NCBI GenBank assembly: GCA_034226945.1
Contig: CP120460.1
Span: 620,001-684,000 of the forward strand
Direction: 5' to 3'
Source: Picochlorum sp. SENEW3
Lineage: Eukaryota
DNA length: 64,000 nt
This document shows positions 22,527 through 35,105 of this stretch, piece after piece. Made by a program: the position numbers and the translations under genes. The first letter of the stretch is position 1. Every line of letters begins with the position of its first letter. A model generated the notes under the pieces. It saw nothing but the letters and a program-made list of their open reading frames with translations, did not search any database and was not told where the DNA came from.

Positions 22527-23580
22527 ATGGCACCATGGATGCTGCCCAGGTGGAGAATTCTGTGTCTTTGGGTGCTGACGCTCCTCCTTTCTGGAGTAAT
22601 TCTCTCTACTACAGGTGCGTGTAAAACATCAAACACACTCCAATCATGACTCAGAACACAACCGTAACATATTTACTTGAAACATATCCATATGTGCAGG
22701 GAGACCAGTACAAAAAGAACCAAGAGTTGCCTTTGGGAGGAGTGTTGACAACCAGCAGCCATACTTTGCCCTCACCATGGCGGACATTCTCTTCAACGTG
22801 TTTACATGTGGAGGAGCAGTCATTGCAGAAGGAGTCATTGCTACGGCAGCACACTGCGTTGTTGATGATAGGAGGTCTCCATTTCCAATCATCACTGCAA
22901 AGGTTGCCACAGACGCAGCAATCAATGGGACAGTCTCCTTTCAAGATGCAAGGGTGATCGATATAGCCATCCCAAATGAATTCTACCCAGACATTCAACC
23001 ATATGCAGATAAATTCTACGGCGATATCGCTCTTGTTCGCATTGCACCGAACGAAACGATGGAATCTTCCATCGTCTCTCTACCCCCAGTAGCACCAGTA
23101 GCAAAGAAGAGAGAGAATACGACAGATGTCACCACTCTCCTCAATGAAGGTGACCTTCTTGTAGCATCAGGAATGGGCCTTGATGAAACTATGAATTCAA
23201 GTAATGTTTTGGAATACGTGACAGTGTTTTACAGTGAAACTGTGCCAGACTATTCCAAAGTGGTGATTGAACAAGACCATTTTATTGCCATTGACCAGCT
23301 GGAATGGCAAGACACGTGTATCGGTGATAGCGGAGGACCCCTCGTCATTCCTGGAAAATCCTGGACAGACAGTGATAGTTTGGATTTCTCAGGAAACTTT
23401 AGCAGTACAGAATCCGACATTCTTGTCGGCATTGTGAGTTACGGCGACTCTAATTTGATCTGCGGCTCTAACGGCACTTTTGGGGTGTACACAAGCGTTG
23501 AATACTGGATGCCATGGATCAAGGACCAACTCGCTGCGTGGAACATCACAACCAACTCAACCACCGTCAGGAAAATGTAA
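22527..23580 (+). CDS. Secreted trypsin-like (S1) serine protease; intron 22615-22699
   Basis: Signal-peptide exon spliced to GRPVQKEPR|VAFG (activation-site-like). Triad motifs TAAHC, DIAL, GDSGGP; Asp in the S1 pocket (QDTC). Confidence 0.9.
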
Positions 23581-23836
23581 TGTTTAGTGTATACAACAAC
23601 CATTCAAGCAATGCAGTATTCAGAGAATTATTATTGTATGTTTTTTCCATCATCATCATCAAGACGTGTATGTATTTATCGTTATTTATAGGAGAACCAG
23701 GTATTTTATTTGCTATGCACGCTCGCAGAAAAAATAAAATAAAAAAGGACAGAAAGAAAGAGAGTTGCTGCTTTATGTTATGTATTTCACATTCTCAATT
23801 TGAAAATCCAATTAGTATTACTACATACTAATAGTT

Positions 23837-24697
23837 CTACTGCTTCAAGCACGTATCAGTATTCCGAGAAAAGAAGAACAAAAAATCCTCTGGCCGACCC
23901 CCCATCATCACCCTGGCAGCAGTCACAGGATTCCAGCTAAACTTGGGCTCATACACATCCACCTTGTCATACACCATCCGACACGTCGCTGTCCCCTTCT
24001 TCACACTCACCGTCGACTGCACAATCAACTGCTCACCCCCTCGAGCAACATGCATCTCCTCCAACAATCCTCCAGCATTGGGATCCTTCCAATACGACTC
24101 CAACCGCAGCATCATGTTCATCTCACCACTCTCCGGCGGCGCATCATTCTTCAAACTCGCACTACAGGTCATATCCCCACCACGCAAATCCCTCCTCGCA
24201 TTCCTCGTCTTCCTGCCACCATCCAACGAATACGTCTCCACAACCTGGTAGAAGGGCACCACTGTGAGATATTTAACCGACACCCTCTTCTGCGCCTCAT
24301 TCACGTCCACCTCCACACCTTCAATCAGATTAATCGCCGTCATCCGCTGTATCCCATTCAATTCCAACAACCCCAGCATCTCTCCATACTGCTTCATATC
24401 AGACTTGGAGTCCTGTCGGATAAAAGTTCCTTTGGGCACTCTATACGCAGCTATCCTCGATCGTCTCACAGCATCGCTAAAAGTATATCTTATTGGGTAT
24501 TTGGACCTTATCGGGTATCGTCCACGAGAGTGCAACGAATTCTCTCCACCGACTTGGTGACGAACCAACCAGGAGGTTGTAGAACAACAACAACCTGATC
24601 GAGAAGGATTGTTGATACCTATTGTCCCCATTGGGTCGATACATTTGATGACTCTATTTCCACTACGCAGTCGCGAAGAGCTGGAGACCTTATACAA
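23837..24697 (-). CDS. Hypothetical protein, possibly organelle-targeted (start uncertain)
   Basis: Long ORF with a Ser/Arg-rich N-terminus and a globular C-terminal part; family not recognised. Confidence 0.55.
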   Translation of the reverse strand: MYKVSSSSRLRSGNRVIKCIDPMGTIGINNPSRSGCCCSTTSWLVRHQVGGENSLHSRGRYPIRSKYPIRYTFSDAVRRSRIAAYRVPKGTFIRQDSKSDMKQYGEMLGLLELNGIQRMTAINLIEGVEVDVNEAQKRVSVKYLTVVPFYQVVETYSLDGGRKTRNARRDLRGGDMTCSASLKNDAPPESGEMNMMLRLESYWKDPNAGGLLEEMHVARGGEQLIVQSTVSVKKGTATCRMVYDKVDVYEPKFSWNPVTAARVMMGGRPEDFLFFFSRNTDTCLKQ

Positions 24698-25376
24698 CCA
24701 TGGTTGTTGGCCAGCAAGACCAATTCAGAGTATACATCTCAAATCCCTATCAACATGTTGGTTGATGGGAGAAGGTAATGCATATATAGATAGATTCATC
24801 CATCCTATCCAAGGGACAGTCTGACCGGAATATACCATTCAGTCTCTGTATGGCGGCCGTCCATCGTTGATCCCTTTTCGCTTCCTATCAACGACTGCGT
24901 CCATAGGACTGTCACCAAGATACCCGAGACAGCAGTACCAACAGGGAGTTTTCATGGCATTCGAGCAACAATTCGATTCTGGTGATTCAAGTGGCCCAAT
25001 TGATGAGGTGCTGCATGCAAAGTATTTATTTCATATTTTTATGCGTGATTTCCTGTACATACACAAGTGGTGAATGAGTATTTGGTTGCCAACAGGTGCG
25101 TCGCATGAATCGCATCTTGTTCAATTGTATCACAAACTGGATAGCCACAGGGGTACATTATGCGTATTTGTATCGTATATATATTGATGGAATAATTTCC
25201 ATCGTACGACCGCATTTGTATGAACCTGTTGTAGATCTGTGGAACCTCTTGTGTGTCTGACACGTTTTCGAAAGGATAACGCATATGAAGACATGTCGAC
25301 ATGTTTTGCAGGAATGCGTGCGATGACATGCTGATGTCTACCTATTGAATTTTATCGAGATCCAGTATTTCTCTGC

Positions 25377-26555
25377 ATGGGCATGGACGAGAAAAAGAAT
25401 TGTGTCCCTGGAGGAATCATGGGTGGCACCAGTAATTTGTCCTTGTTTCAGTCTCCTTTCGATAGCGTCGCGGCAGAAGGCAAGGATATCAGTGATCGTT
25501 CTCAAGTAAAAAGATCAGAAGGGGCGTCGCCGACATGGGAGCCGCAACGGACTGGGTCGGGGCACAAGCATCCAAATGTGTTTGTTCGGGGGGTTCCCCT
25601 GGCATGGTCTGAGGAGGAGATGATTACACTGTTCGAGACGTGTGGTACATTGACGAGCTTGCGGTTGGTGAGGCATAATGTGACGAAAGTATCACTTGGG
25701 TATGGATTTGTGCGATATGGGTGTCTGGAGGATGCGCAGCGTGCTGTGGATTTGTTGAATGGGCATGTTATTGGTGGGCAGACACTCTGTGTCAAATTTG
25801 CTGATGCTGATGCGGGGCCGCCGTTGACGCAAAGCTCGTCGGGATTGACGCCTTGTGATAGCTGTTATGTGAAGCATGTTCCAGCATCATTTGGAGCAGA
25901 ACAAGTCAGGTCACTTTTCAGCATGTGTGGCAAGGTGATTGATGTGAAAATGTTTGATTGTTTGGACAAGTTTCGAGGGAGCAGTGCGCTTGTGAAGATG
26001 GATTCGATTCAGTCGGCCTCAAGCGCAATACAAACGTTGAATGGGATGAAGCCTGGGAATTCTTTGCATGGTCTGGTCGTCAGGTTTGCAGAGTCGGCAA
26101 GGGAAAAGAATGAGAGGTTGGCGAGAAAGCAGGAAGCAGGCGGGAGTACTCTTGTGTCGCCGCAGGGTTCCGCTTCATTGGATGCGGCAGCGGTGCAACA
26201 GGCATTGTCTGTGCTCTATCAAGTGAGTGTGCCATCATCTCATGGGGGTCATTTGCCTGAACGGTCATTGTCTGGGAACATGTCCATCCCACAGGCTCTG
26301 CCTGTGGGAGAGGGTCCAACAAGTATTCAGATACAGCAGTTACCGCTGAATGCGGATCGGCTGTGGGTTTATGAGAATTTCTCATCGTTTGGAGGCATTG
26401 CTTCTGTGGTATATAATGCCCAGGAAAACATTGCATTGGTGAGGTACACCTCGAGACTTGCAGCATGTGAAGCCGTACAAAAGATGAATAATTTCATTGC
26501 AGTTGATACGCAAGCTATGGCGCATAGAAAACTTGTTGTGTTTCTCATGGAGTAG
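25377..26555 (+). CDS. RNA-binding protein with 3 RRMs (ELAV/CELF-like)
   Basis: NVFVRGVP / LGYGFVRY / VKFAD; second RRM CYVKHVP...VRFAE; third C-terminal RRM. Confidence 0.88.
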   Translation: MGMDEKKNCVPGGIMGGTSNLSLFQSPFDSVAAEGKDISDRSQVKRSEGASPTWEPQRTGSGHKHPNVFVRGVPLAWSEEEMITLFETCGTLTSLRLVRHNVTKVSLGYGFVRYGCLEDAQRAVDLLNGHVIGGQTLCVKFADADAGPPLTQSSSGLTPCDSCYVKHVPASFGAEQVRSLFSMCGKVIDVKMFDCLDKFRGSSALVKMDSIQSASSAIQTLNGMKPGNSLHGLVVRFAESAREKNERLARKQEAGGSTLVSPQGSASLDAAAVQQALSVLYQVSVPSSHGGHLPERSLSGNMSIPQALPVGEGPTSIQIQQLPLNADRLWVYENFSSFGGIASVVYNAQENIALVRYTSRLAACEAVQKMNNFIAVDTQAMAHRKLVVFLME

Positions 26556-26704
26556 ATATATACTGAGATTTGCTTACTGGAATCTCCTGGGAACACGAAT
26601 TGCAACACTGTTTACAGAAAATCATTACTGGATTACACACAGAAACTATCAGAGGAGGATGCAAAAGGCACACCGGGCATCTTTTTTGAGTGAACCCCAT
26701 GATA

Positions 26705-28688
26705 CTATTTATCAAAATAATGATTTTTACTACTGCTACTATTATCTGTCATGTAAGTAGTCACCAAATCTGTTGACACACTGAATGAGTGCTGGTTGAA
26801 AAAAGACATGAGGTGCTGTAGATGAGTTGCCATACCTCCCACCTGCTCAGATTCAACATTAATAACAATATCGGGGTCGTGGAGGCTTGGACGTAACAGG
26901 AGCCATCCGTATGTGCCGCCCTTCTCTGCAATGTTGACTCTCCACCCTTCATAGTTTTCTGGCTCTAAAGACCAGCTATCATTTCCTCCAGCTCCAGCGT
27001 CGAGCCACTCTTTAAATGCCTCAGTGATTTTGATACCTTCGCTCTGTACGTCATCCGCAAGGATTTTTACTCGGATCTCCATGGCTTCCTTTGCCTCTTG
27101 TAAATCTTCGAGTAGCACGGAAATGTCAGGTTCTCCTTCAATCCTTCTCCTGACTGCCTCTATGACAATTTTCAACGCCCCGTATGCACCATCGTCTAAG
27201 AAATAATTTTCCTACAGTATAATGTATATTTGTTAGTAGTCGTGCTCGTCATCATCACTGTTCATGTGCAGCAAATAATAATGACAAAGAAAAACTACCC
27301 ACCCTGAGAGCTCCATGACCGCTCGTCTCCATCATCAACGGGCAATCTATCCCTTCCTCGTTCAGCTGTATGCCCTTGTCAATAATGTTTTTATATCCTT
27401 TTTTGAATCTGAAATGTCGTCCACCGAGCGATTCAATAAATGTTTTGAGGCCGTTTGATGTACAACTGTCTGTGACAATTGTTGCACCAGGATGTGTCTT
27501 CAATGCAATGGCAGCAGCAAGTGCTATATACTTGTTTCGATTGATTGGTCGACCATTTCTATCAATAAATCCAGATCTATCAACGTCAGTATCCAGCATG
27601 ATTCCCAAGTCTGCTCGAGTCTCCAGAACAGCTTGCTTTGTTGCATCCACAGCCGCAGCATCTTCAGGATTTGGTTTATGTGCAGGGAAGGTTCCATCTG
27701 GCTCCAGGTTGATTGATCCAGATACATTTGCTCCGAGTGGGCCCAAAATTTTTGTAGCAAAAAAGCCACCAGAACCATTTCCTGGATTCACAACAATGCT
27801 GAGCCCCCGTAGAGGAGATTCCCTGTGATCTGGATGATTGATTTGATCAATCACAATTCCTCTTAAATACGCAGCATAATCCTCCAAAAATTCATCCTTG
27901 CTGATCAATTGCGCGTCGCACTCCAACGCTGCCTGTGCCACAATCGCATGATCCACATACCAGGCAGCGTTGGCATCCAGCAAGCCATCCATGGCTGCAG
28001 TTTCTGAGGCTGTCTGTAGTATCTGTTTGATATCAGGTTTCCCAAGCCCACCATCTGGCGTAAAGAATTTGGCACCATTTCTATTCTTCGGAAGATGTGA
28101 CGCTGTGATCATGATGGCTCCATCGCATTTGTGCTTTGGAAGAATACATGACATGAACATGGCAGGTGTTGTGCAGAGACCAAATTGAATCACCTTTATT
28201 CCTTCGTGAGCCAATCCAGCTGCCATGGACACACTCAATACATCACTTGATAAACGAGGGTCAGATCCGATTGAGACGCGTAAGGCATCCCTCCGCCCCG
28301 TGCGGTCTCGCAGCCACGTCCCAAAGGCCCTCCCCACATAGTACATTCTCCCTGGAGTCAAATTCATGGGCTCATCTGGATTATCATCCAAAGCAAATCC
28401 CCGTATATCCGATCCATTCTGTAGCTTTTTAAACACAGCATCGAGATCTCCATGTCTGGAGCCTTCGGCCATTTTGATCGCCGAGAGGGCAGTGCTTGAA
28501 GGACCAGTCAGTGTGATCTGTTGTCTTCCTCCTCTATTCCTCAGACATGGCCGTCTGTATACCAATGCATGCGAATAACGAGGATCGGTAATGTTATGCA
28601 GTATTCTTGCCATAGAGTATGATCCTCGGAGACCACTGTTTCTCTGTTTCCCATTGGGGAAGGATGTCGATCCCAATCGAGACAGCAT
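26705..28688 (-). CDS. Phosphomannomutase/phosphoglucomutase (alpha-D-phosphohexomutase), plastid-type; intron 27302-27212
   Basis: QNGSDIRG, TASHLP, DTDVDR, ETSGHGALR|ENYFLDDG. Confidence 0.92.
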
Positions 28689-29083
28689 GGTTCGATACTC
28701 CAAACAATCTTCGAAAACCCTATCAATTAATGGTTTATATACGTATTATTACACATTCATCATTGAATTAATGCCATGCTATCGGCCGAAGTACAAGACA
28801 GCATGTTTTCATCGCATCTCTGAAAAGGACGTCACCGTTCAGAGCTAGAAAACGTCCGTAAAACGAATAATAAAATTTCTCTGTTGGAACAAACTGCCCC
28901 CGCAGAGTACAAGAGACCGATATATTTCTGGAAAAAGATTGTCTCTTTTCAGGATCAATTTCTTCATTAGACTACATATAACACTCGTATTAGCCGTGCT
29001 GGGCCGTCAAGGGGCAACGCGGTACACGTGTGTGAAGGGAGTTCTCCAACTGCTGCTGGAGCTGCGCGTGTGGCAACGATAGT

Positions 29084-30717
29084 ATGGCTACGGATACATC
29101 TCCAGTGGTGGTAAATCCACTCTTACCAGAGTGTCTTGAAGGTCATTTGACACTAGAGGATTTTAATGCGGACGATGCGGTGGAGTTTAGGCCAGATGAC
29201 TTTTCGTATTACAAGGGTGTCCTGACAAGTATAGTGCCAGGCATTGTGCTGGGATGCTTGGCTGCTATTGCTATGATTGGAGTGATTATTTGGGTATGTT
29301 GACTATTTGATTGGCATATCACGAGAGGGATTGTGGTTTCGATGGTGTTTTTTTTGTGTCTGTGTAGACAAGTGTCTCCTTTTGTCGTTGCTGTTGCACA
29401 ACCAGAAGGAAACGGACTGACCGCCTTCCAGAGGATACGATAGAAGATCAATTCATCACAGCTGATAGGACAAAAGAAAATGCGTATCAAGTTGATGCGC
29501 ATTTCGGATTGCCGAAAACACTCACTTGGTCTGAGAAGTATAAAGTGGAAAAGATTTTGAACTGGAGTATTGTGCTGTTCATGCTTGCCACTGTTGGTGT
29601 CGCCTCTTGGGGGATATATTCCTCAATCGATCATACAAATGGTGTTGTAGGTGAATTTTGGAACGTTTTCGATCTGGTTGAAAACGTGGCCATCTCTGTG
29701 AGTAATATTTTGACACAGTTGACTGGGCTAATTGACGAGGTGGAACCAGCTCTAGAGACTGTGATGAAAAACGAAGATCTCCTATTATCTGCCGCGAATA
29801 ATGATCAACTATTGGGGCTTGAAAGCTTGATAACCAATAGTCTCAATGAATTAGGAAATGTGAAGGGAATTCTGTATGATTTAAAAGAGCCTGTTCGAAC
29901 TGCTCAAGAGGTTGCCAATGAAACATTTGTGCAGGGCCTGCAAGGGTTCCGTGACAGTTTCGAATCTCCCACGATGGCATTTCAAACGACTGGAAGATTT
30001 ATAGCTATAGCAGTTTTATTTGGGATGGTAATTTTGTTTTCAATGGTGTCTGCGGGGTTTGTTGTGTGGGGATCATATCCCAGAGTGGGTGCCACGGCTG
30101 TCATCATCCTGTGGCTTTTTGTCGCACTGCTCATGTTCCTCGGGGTAGGCTTGTTGAAAGGAGTCAACTATGTGGCGGAGGACGGTTGTTTATATACTGA
30201 GACGTTCGTTGTGAACTATGCTGGTGATTATATTGGTGATCCTTTGGCTAAAAAATTTGCACTACGAGCGATAGATTACTATGTGAATCCCATACCTCCA
30301 ACAGAGTACGTAGTTGGAGAGGCTGCCAGCAAGATTGTAGACCCAAGGGCAGGGGATTTACTGAATTTATATGACACAAGTGGGCTGGAAGACCTATTAC
30401 TGCAGTTGCCAACGTTGACGAATCTCCCCGTCGTGTCCTCTGTGCTCTCTGCAGATCTCAAGTCATCATTGTCTTCTCTTGCTTCTGCAGCGCCTGAAGC
30501 ACTGGACTCGATAAAAGAAATTGATAGGATAGGATCTAGAACCAATATTTACGATTTATATTCAGCAATCAAGGCGTATATTTGCTGTGCTCTGTCATCC
30601 GATTTGTCAGGCCTGTTTGATGCATGGGTGGCCACTGGATGTTTGTCTCTTGTTTTGGCAACCCTGTGCACCTGGAGGCTCATTTGGTTCGTTCGCAAAA
30701 AATACAAGTATGTGTAA
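29084..30717 (+). CDS. Multi-pass membrane protein, tweety/prominin-like topology; intron 29294-29367
   Basis: About 5 TM segments, a Cys cluster after TM1 (FCRCCC) and two large helical loops. The family call is tentative. Confidence 0.65.
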
Positions 30718-30802
30718 TTATTGACTTTTAAATTATTTTAATTTAAAATCTGAATGGATAATTGCACGGGAAAGAATAGACAAGACCTCTGATGCATATC
30801 AA

Positions 30803-32908
30803 TCAGCCGGGGGGGGCATCCATCAATTCAAAGGGAGACTTGAAGCTTTTGAGCATCGACATTTGGACCGGCTCTTCTTCTTCGTCTTTCTCCTCTACTA
30901 TGTTATTTGGTGCATCTGTATTGCTTTCTTCTTCAGTGTGTACTGGTTCTTTGTCAGTTTGAGCCCCTTCCTCCTGAGCCACAGATGGTGTATCATTATT
31001 GCAAGTACTTCCCTCTGCCATGACTATTTCTTCAGACATTCGCATTTTCATGGCATCAGCTTCAAGTAATTCGTCAGGATCTTGCATAAGGTCAATAACC
31101 AAGACTGTAATATTGTCCCTGCTTCCCCTGTCTACTGCTGCGCGAGTCAACACAGTCGCAGCAACACGAGCTGCATTTTCCCGCGTTGACCCCTTCTGCC
31201 TCGCTCTCAACAAGCATTTTTTCGCTAAAGCACATGCTTCTTGGTTCGATATGACATCCCACAGCCCATCTGATGCCATGACTAATAACTCATCGCCTGG
31301 GTGACGATTCACCACCGTCACTTCTGGATCTGCGATAACATAGGGACGCAGGCTGTGATCTCCTATTGCGCGAGACACGGCCAACAGACCCATGACTCTG
31401 ACACCGTTCCAGAAAAGAATCTGACCACCAGCTGCCTCTACTCGAGCAGTCTCATCCTCGCGCGCAGCTTTATGGTCATCGGTGAGTGCAAATGCATTGC
31501 CATTTCTGCACAACACTGCTCTCGAGTCCCCACAATTTGCCACAAACATGGACTTGCTGCTCAATAAGGCAACGACAGCGGTTGTCCCTACTAATGCTAG
31601 CTGATCTTCGTCACCACTTAGCTTCGCAAACTCTTCATCGGTCGACCTAAAAGCTTCAGCAAGAGCTTGACTAAATACCTCTGAGGAGCACTCCACAGAC
31701 TCCACATCCTGTACTGCGACGTGATCCATAGATCCTGTCGTCGTCAATTTGACTTCCAGATCAAGCACTTCAACACCGTCGTTACTCTCATTATGTTCAT
31801 TTGTATGATGTCGTTTGTGGTCTCGCGCAAATTTGCTTGCTAAAATGGCATCTTTCAATCTCTCATGCATTGTATCCTGGCAATGATGCGCAGCATCAGC
31901 CCCACCATGGCCATCAAATACTCCAAAAAAGTGAATGTGCTCCTTCATCCATTTCCCTTTACACAAATTATTCTTCTCACTGCCGAAAAATTCTTCCTTT
32001 GTCCCCTCTGATGATGTGTTCAGCCCTATGGCAAGGCTGGACCTGGCAGTATCCAGCTTTTCATCTCCACTCTGGTTCACAGTCTGCTGGATCTGGTCAG
32101 CAATGCGGGGCGGAATAATCTCATTCATACTATCCGCAAACGCGATTTCTAATAAATTTGGCATTGCGACAAACGTATCCTCCATCTTTGCACGCCGTCC
32201 CATGACACTCTTGGCCCCATGTGGAGGACAACCATTCAGCCCGTCCACATGATTTCCCTGCGACGACGCCATGCAAATCGTCTCTCCAATCTGCTTGCCA
32301 ATGTGTGACTTTTCTAACCTGCTTGTTGGGAACGTATTCGATTTAAAATAGGATGGTCTCCTCAGCACCTGCCCACTCTTTCCCTGGTGCTGCTCATGCT
32401 CCTCGTCTTCGCGTTGGTTTTGTGTTTTTTCTTCTCTGGCTTCTTTGCAGTGCTCATTGTGGCCAAATACATCAAAGGAGGGCAGCTCTGGTGTCGAAGA
32501 ATCTGTAATGGGAACGTCAAAAGGACTCTGACCAGACATACTTGTCGCAAAAAAGTGCTTTGGATTATGCTCGTCTTTCAGAGAATCCCCTCGCCGCTTC
32601 AAATGACAAGTATCTGACACAGGAACCGATCTCAACTCTTTCTCCCGATCCTCCTCCGACTCCTGTCCAGTCTCTGCCACCACAACAGTCTCTGTTGTCT
32701 GATCAGATACCTCGCCCCCCTCCACCTTCCGTCTACCAATCACGTTCCCTATCTTTGTGAATGATATTATATCCGTAGTATTAATTGTATTCTCACCCAC
32801 GTGGTCCCCAGGTTCCACAGTAGGTTCCTCCGTGTCGTCAGTCGTTGAAATCTCCCCAGCGGCCCTGTACGAGCTCCTCACAGTCCTACACCATTGACAA
32901 AACTCCAT
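30803..32908 (-). CDS. Protein phosphatase 2C, clade A-like
   Basis: GRRAKMED, HFFGVFDGHGG, ANCGDSRAVLCR, FWNGVRVMGLLAVSRAIGD, ASDGLWDV, GSRDNITV. Confidence 0.93.
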   Translation of the reverse strand: MEFCQWCRTVRSSYRAAGEISTTDDTEEPTVEPGDHVGENTINTTDIISFTKIGNVIGRRKVEGGEVSDQTTETVVVAETGQESEEDREKELRSVPVSDTCHLKRRGDSLKDEHNPKHFFATSMSGQSPFDVPITDSSTPELPSFDVFGHNEHCKEAREEKTQNQREDEEHEQHQGKSGQVLRRPSYFKSNTFPTSRLEKSHIGKQIGETICMASSQGNHVDGLNGCPPHGAKSVMGRRAKMEDTFVAMPNLLEIAFADSMNEIIPPRIADQIQQTVNQSGDEKLDTARSSLAIGLNTSSEGTKEEFFGSEKNNLCKGKWMKEHIHFFGVFDGHGGADAAHHCQDTMHERLKDAILASKFARDHKRHHTNEHNESNDGVEVLDLEVKLTTTGSMDHVAVQDVESVECSSEVFSQALAEAFRSTDEEFAKLSGDEDQLALVGTTAVVALLSSKSMFVANCGDSRAVLCRNGNAFALTDDHKAAREDETARVEAAGGQILFWNGVRVMGLLAVSRAIGDHSLRPYVIADPEVTVVNRHPGDELLVMASDGLWDVISNQEACALAKKCLLRARQKGSTRENAARVAATVLTRAAVDRGSRDNITVLVIDLMQDPDELLEADAMKMRMSEEIVMAEGSTCNNDTPSVAQEEGAQTDKEPVHTEEESNTDAPNNIVEEKDEEEEPVQMSMLKSFKSPFELMDAPPG

Positions 32909-33952
32909 TGTTCTTAGCCTCTCTCCTATTCTAATTTTATATATTAACCGAAACACAAAGACAATATTTCGTGAAGACAAAAGAACCACGTTCCCAGGAG
33001 TTTCGCTCCATGGAGACGCGTTCGGTACATCCGACAAAACATCAACCATGGAACAAGCCTCCCACCCAACCCATACCCTGACCGAAACGCTCCCATTCAA
33101 TGCATGCCCATGCGATTCTGGTGGCACCTCATGCCGACACGTGTACCGTTCATGCACCGCAACCATTCTTCAGTGCTCCTGTCTCTCTTTTCATGCCAAA
33201 CAGATATCTGGAATCGCCTTGAGAGCACCAGAATTGCACAGCATGCCATACAGACAACACCGTTGTACACAACACCCCTTCCACAGAGAAATATACAAAC
33301 AACAAAGCCAGATGACTGAGTCCCACACCCCTTCTTCCCAATCTCATGAATATATGCACATATCGGTGTCTCACAGATGACCAAGGCAACAACAAGCACC
33401 TCTCTGCTGCTGAGACGGTCTTCCCAGGACACCCAGTCAGGTAGCTTGTCCAACCCCACCACTCTGCACACTTTCGTCTCCGTACCTTGATTATAATTAA
33501 TCTCTGTAATATAAATGGTACATATAATGCTCCTGTAGGAACGTAACGTGTTCGTATAGCACAGTCTCGAGAATCAACAACACATCATCAGTCTCTGGAG
33601 ACGAGTCGCTTGACAACGTCACTCGCTGCAGCAAATGATGTCACACGTGTGTTTAAAAAATTCGTAATATGAATTCTTTGATGCGTGTGTGTGGTGGCTC
33701 TGGACGTGACCTTGCTGTGGGTCGGGAGCAACCGCAATGAAGAAAACCCGATTGACGGGATGGTTGGATGGGCAGTGGAATTGTGTTTATTTCGTCTTCG
33801 ACGGAATAAAAAAATGGGCACCCATGTGACAAGTACATCCTGAATTGCATATCTTTTACGGAGAAACCCAAGACACATTGCGCAGACATGAAACATATAG
33901 AGCAAAAGGACACGTTGCGCTAGGGCTCTTTCGAATACAACAGAGCATCGAC

Positions 33953-35095
33953 ATGGGAGGCTGGCAGCAGCAGCAGCAACGGGCTGCTGTGTATGCTTCG
34001 CCAGAGCGATATGTTCAGGGGCCAGGTGTGATGGCAGATCTTGGGCATCATATGGATGTCGTGGGTTTGGAAGGGCCAGTGCTGGTACTGTCGTCGCCTT
34101 CAGTGAGGAATATGTTGGAGGCCACATGGAAGGAGACTCTTGAAAAGGCTGGCTACAGGGACCACGTCATCGTCACCTTCGCACGGGAATGTAGTACCAA
34201 GGTCATTGATTCTCTTGTAGAAGAGGCGCAACGACGCGGTTGTAAAACAATTGTTGCTGTGGGGGGTGGTAAAAACATTGATACGGGCAAGGTTGTTGCA
34301 TCCAAGACTGGAATGGCCATGGTGTCCTGTCCAACGATTGCCTCCACGGATGCCCCTTGTTCTGCTCTCGCCGTTGTATATACAGATAATGGAGAGTTTC
34401 AGGAATATGTGTTTCCAAAACGACATCCCAGCCTTGTCCTTGTGGATACATCTGTGATTTGTAAAGCCCCACCCAGACTCTTGGTTGGTGGCCTGGGCGA
34501 TGCCTTGGCGACATGGTTTGAGGCGCGAACTGTCCGAGAAGCTCATTCGCAAAACTTTTTGGGTGGTGTACCGACGTTGACTGGAACAGCACTGGCAGAA
34601 TTGTGTTACAAAACGCTAATACAGGACGGTGCTGCTGCTGTGAGATCAGTGGAGGCACAGGTTGTGACACCAGCATTGGAGCGTATTGTGGAAGCGAATA
34701 CATTATTGAGTGGACTCGGTTTTGAATGCGGTGGTTTATGTACAGCACACGCTGTCCATAATGGTCTAACTGTAGCAAGTCAAACCCACCCATACACACA
34801 TGGTGAGAAGGTGTCTTTTGGTCTATGCACACAACTGTGGATGGAAGGACGGCCATCCAGTGAAATTGAGACGGTTCTGACGTGGCAGAATGCTGTTGGT
34901 CTTCCGATAACACTCGCAGAGGTGGGGTTGGATTCAGGAGATGAAGATGCTATTCGAGCAATTGCACAGCGAACAGTGCAAAAGGGTGAAACAGTTCATA
35001 ATTCTCCCTTCCCCGTCACAGCCCACATGATTGAAGAAAATATAAAGGCGGCAGACCATATTGGAGAGCGATTCAAAGAAAAACACATGATATAA
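33953..35095 (+). CDS. gldA: Glycerol dehydrogenase (bacterial GldA-type, Fe-ADH superfamily), intronless
   Basis: SPERYVQGPG, GGGKNIDTGK, PTIASTDAPCSALAVVYT, GLGDALATWFEA, EANTLLSGLGFE, AHAVHNGLT, HGEKVSFG. Confidence 0.93.
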   Translation: MGGWQQQQQRAAVYASPERYVQGPGVMADLGHHMDVVGLEGPVLVLSSPSVRNMLEATWKETLEKAGYRDHVIVTFARECSTKVIDSLVEEAQRRGCKTIVAVGGGKNIDTGKVVASKTGMAMVSCPTIASTDAPCSALAVVYTDNGEFQEYVFPKRHPSLVLVDTSVICKAPPRLLVGGLGDALATWFEARTVREAHSQNFLGGVPTLTGTALAELCYKTLIQDGAAAVRSVEAQVVTPALERIVEANTLLSGLGFECGGLCTAHAVHNGLTVASQTHPYTHGEKVSFGLCTQLWMEGRPSSEIETVLTWQNAVGLPITLAEVGLDSGDEDAIRAIAQRTVQKGETVHNSPFPVTAHMIEENIKAADHIGERFKEKHMI

Positions 35096-35105
35096 TGAAC
35101 GAGGC

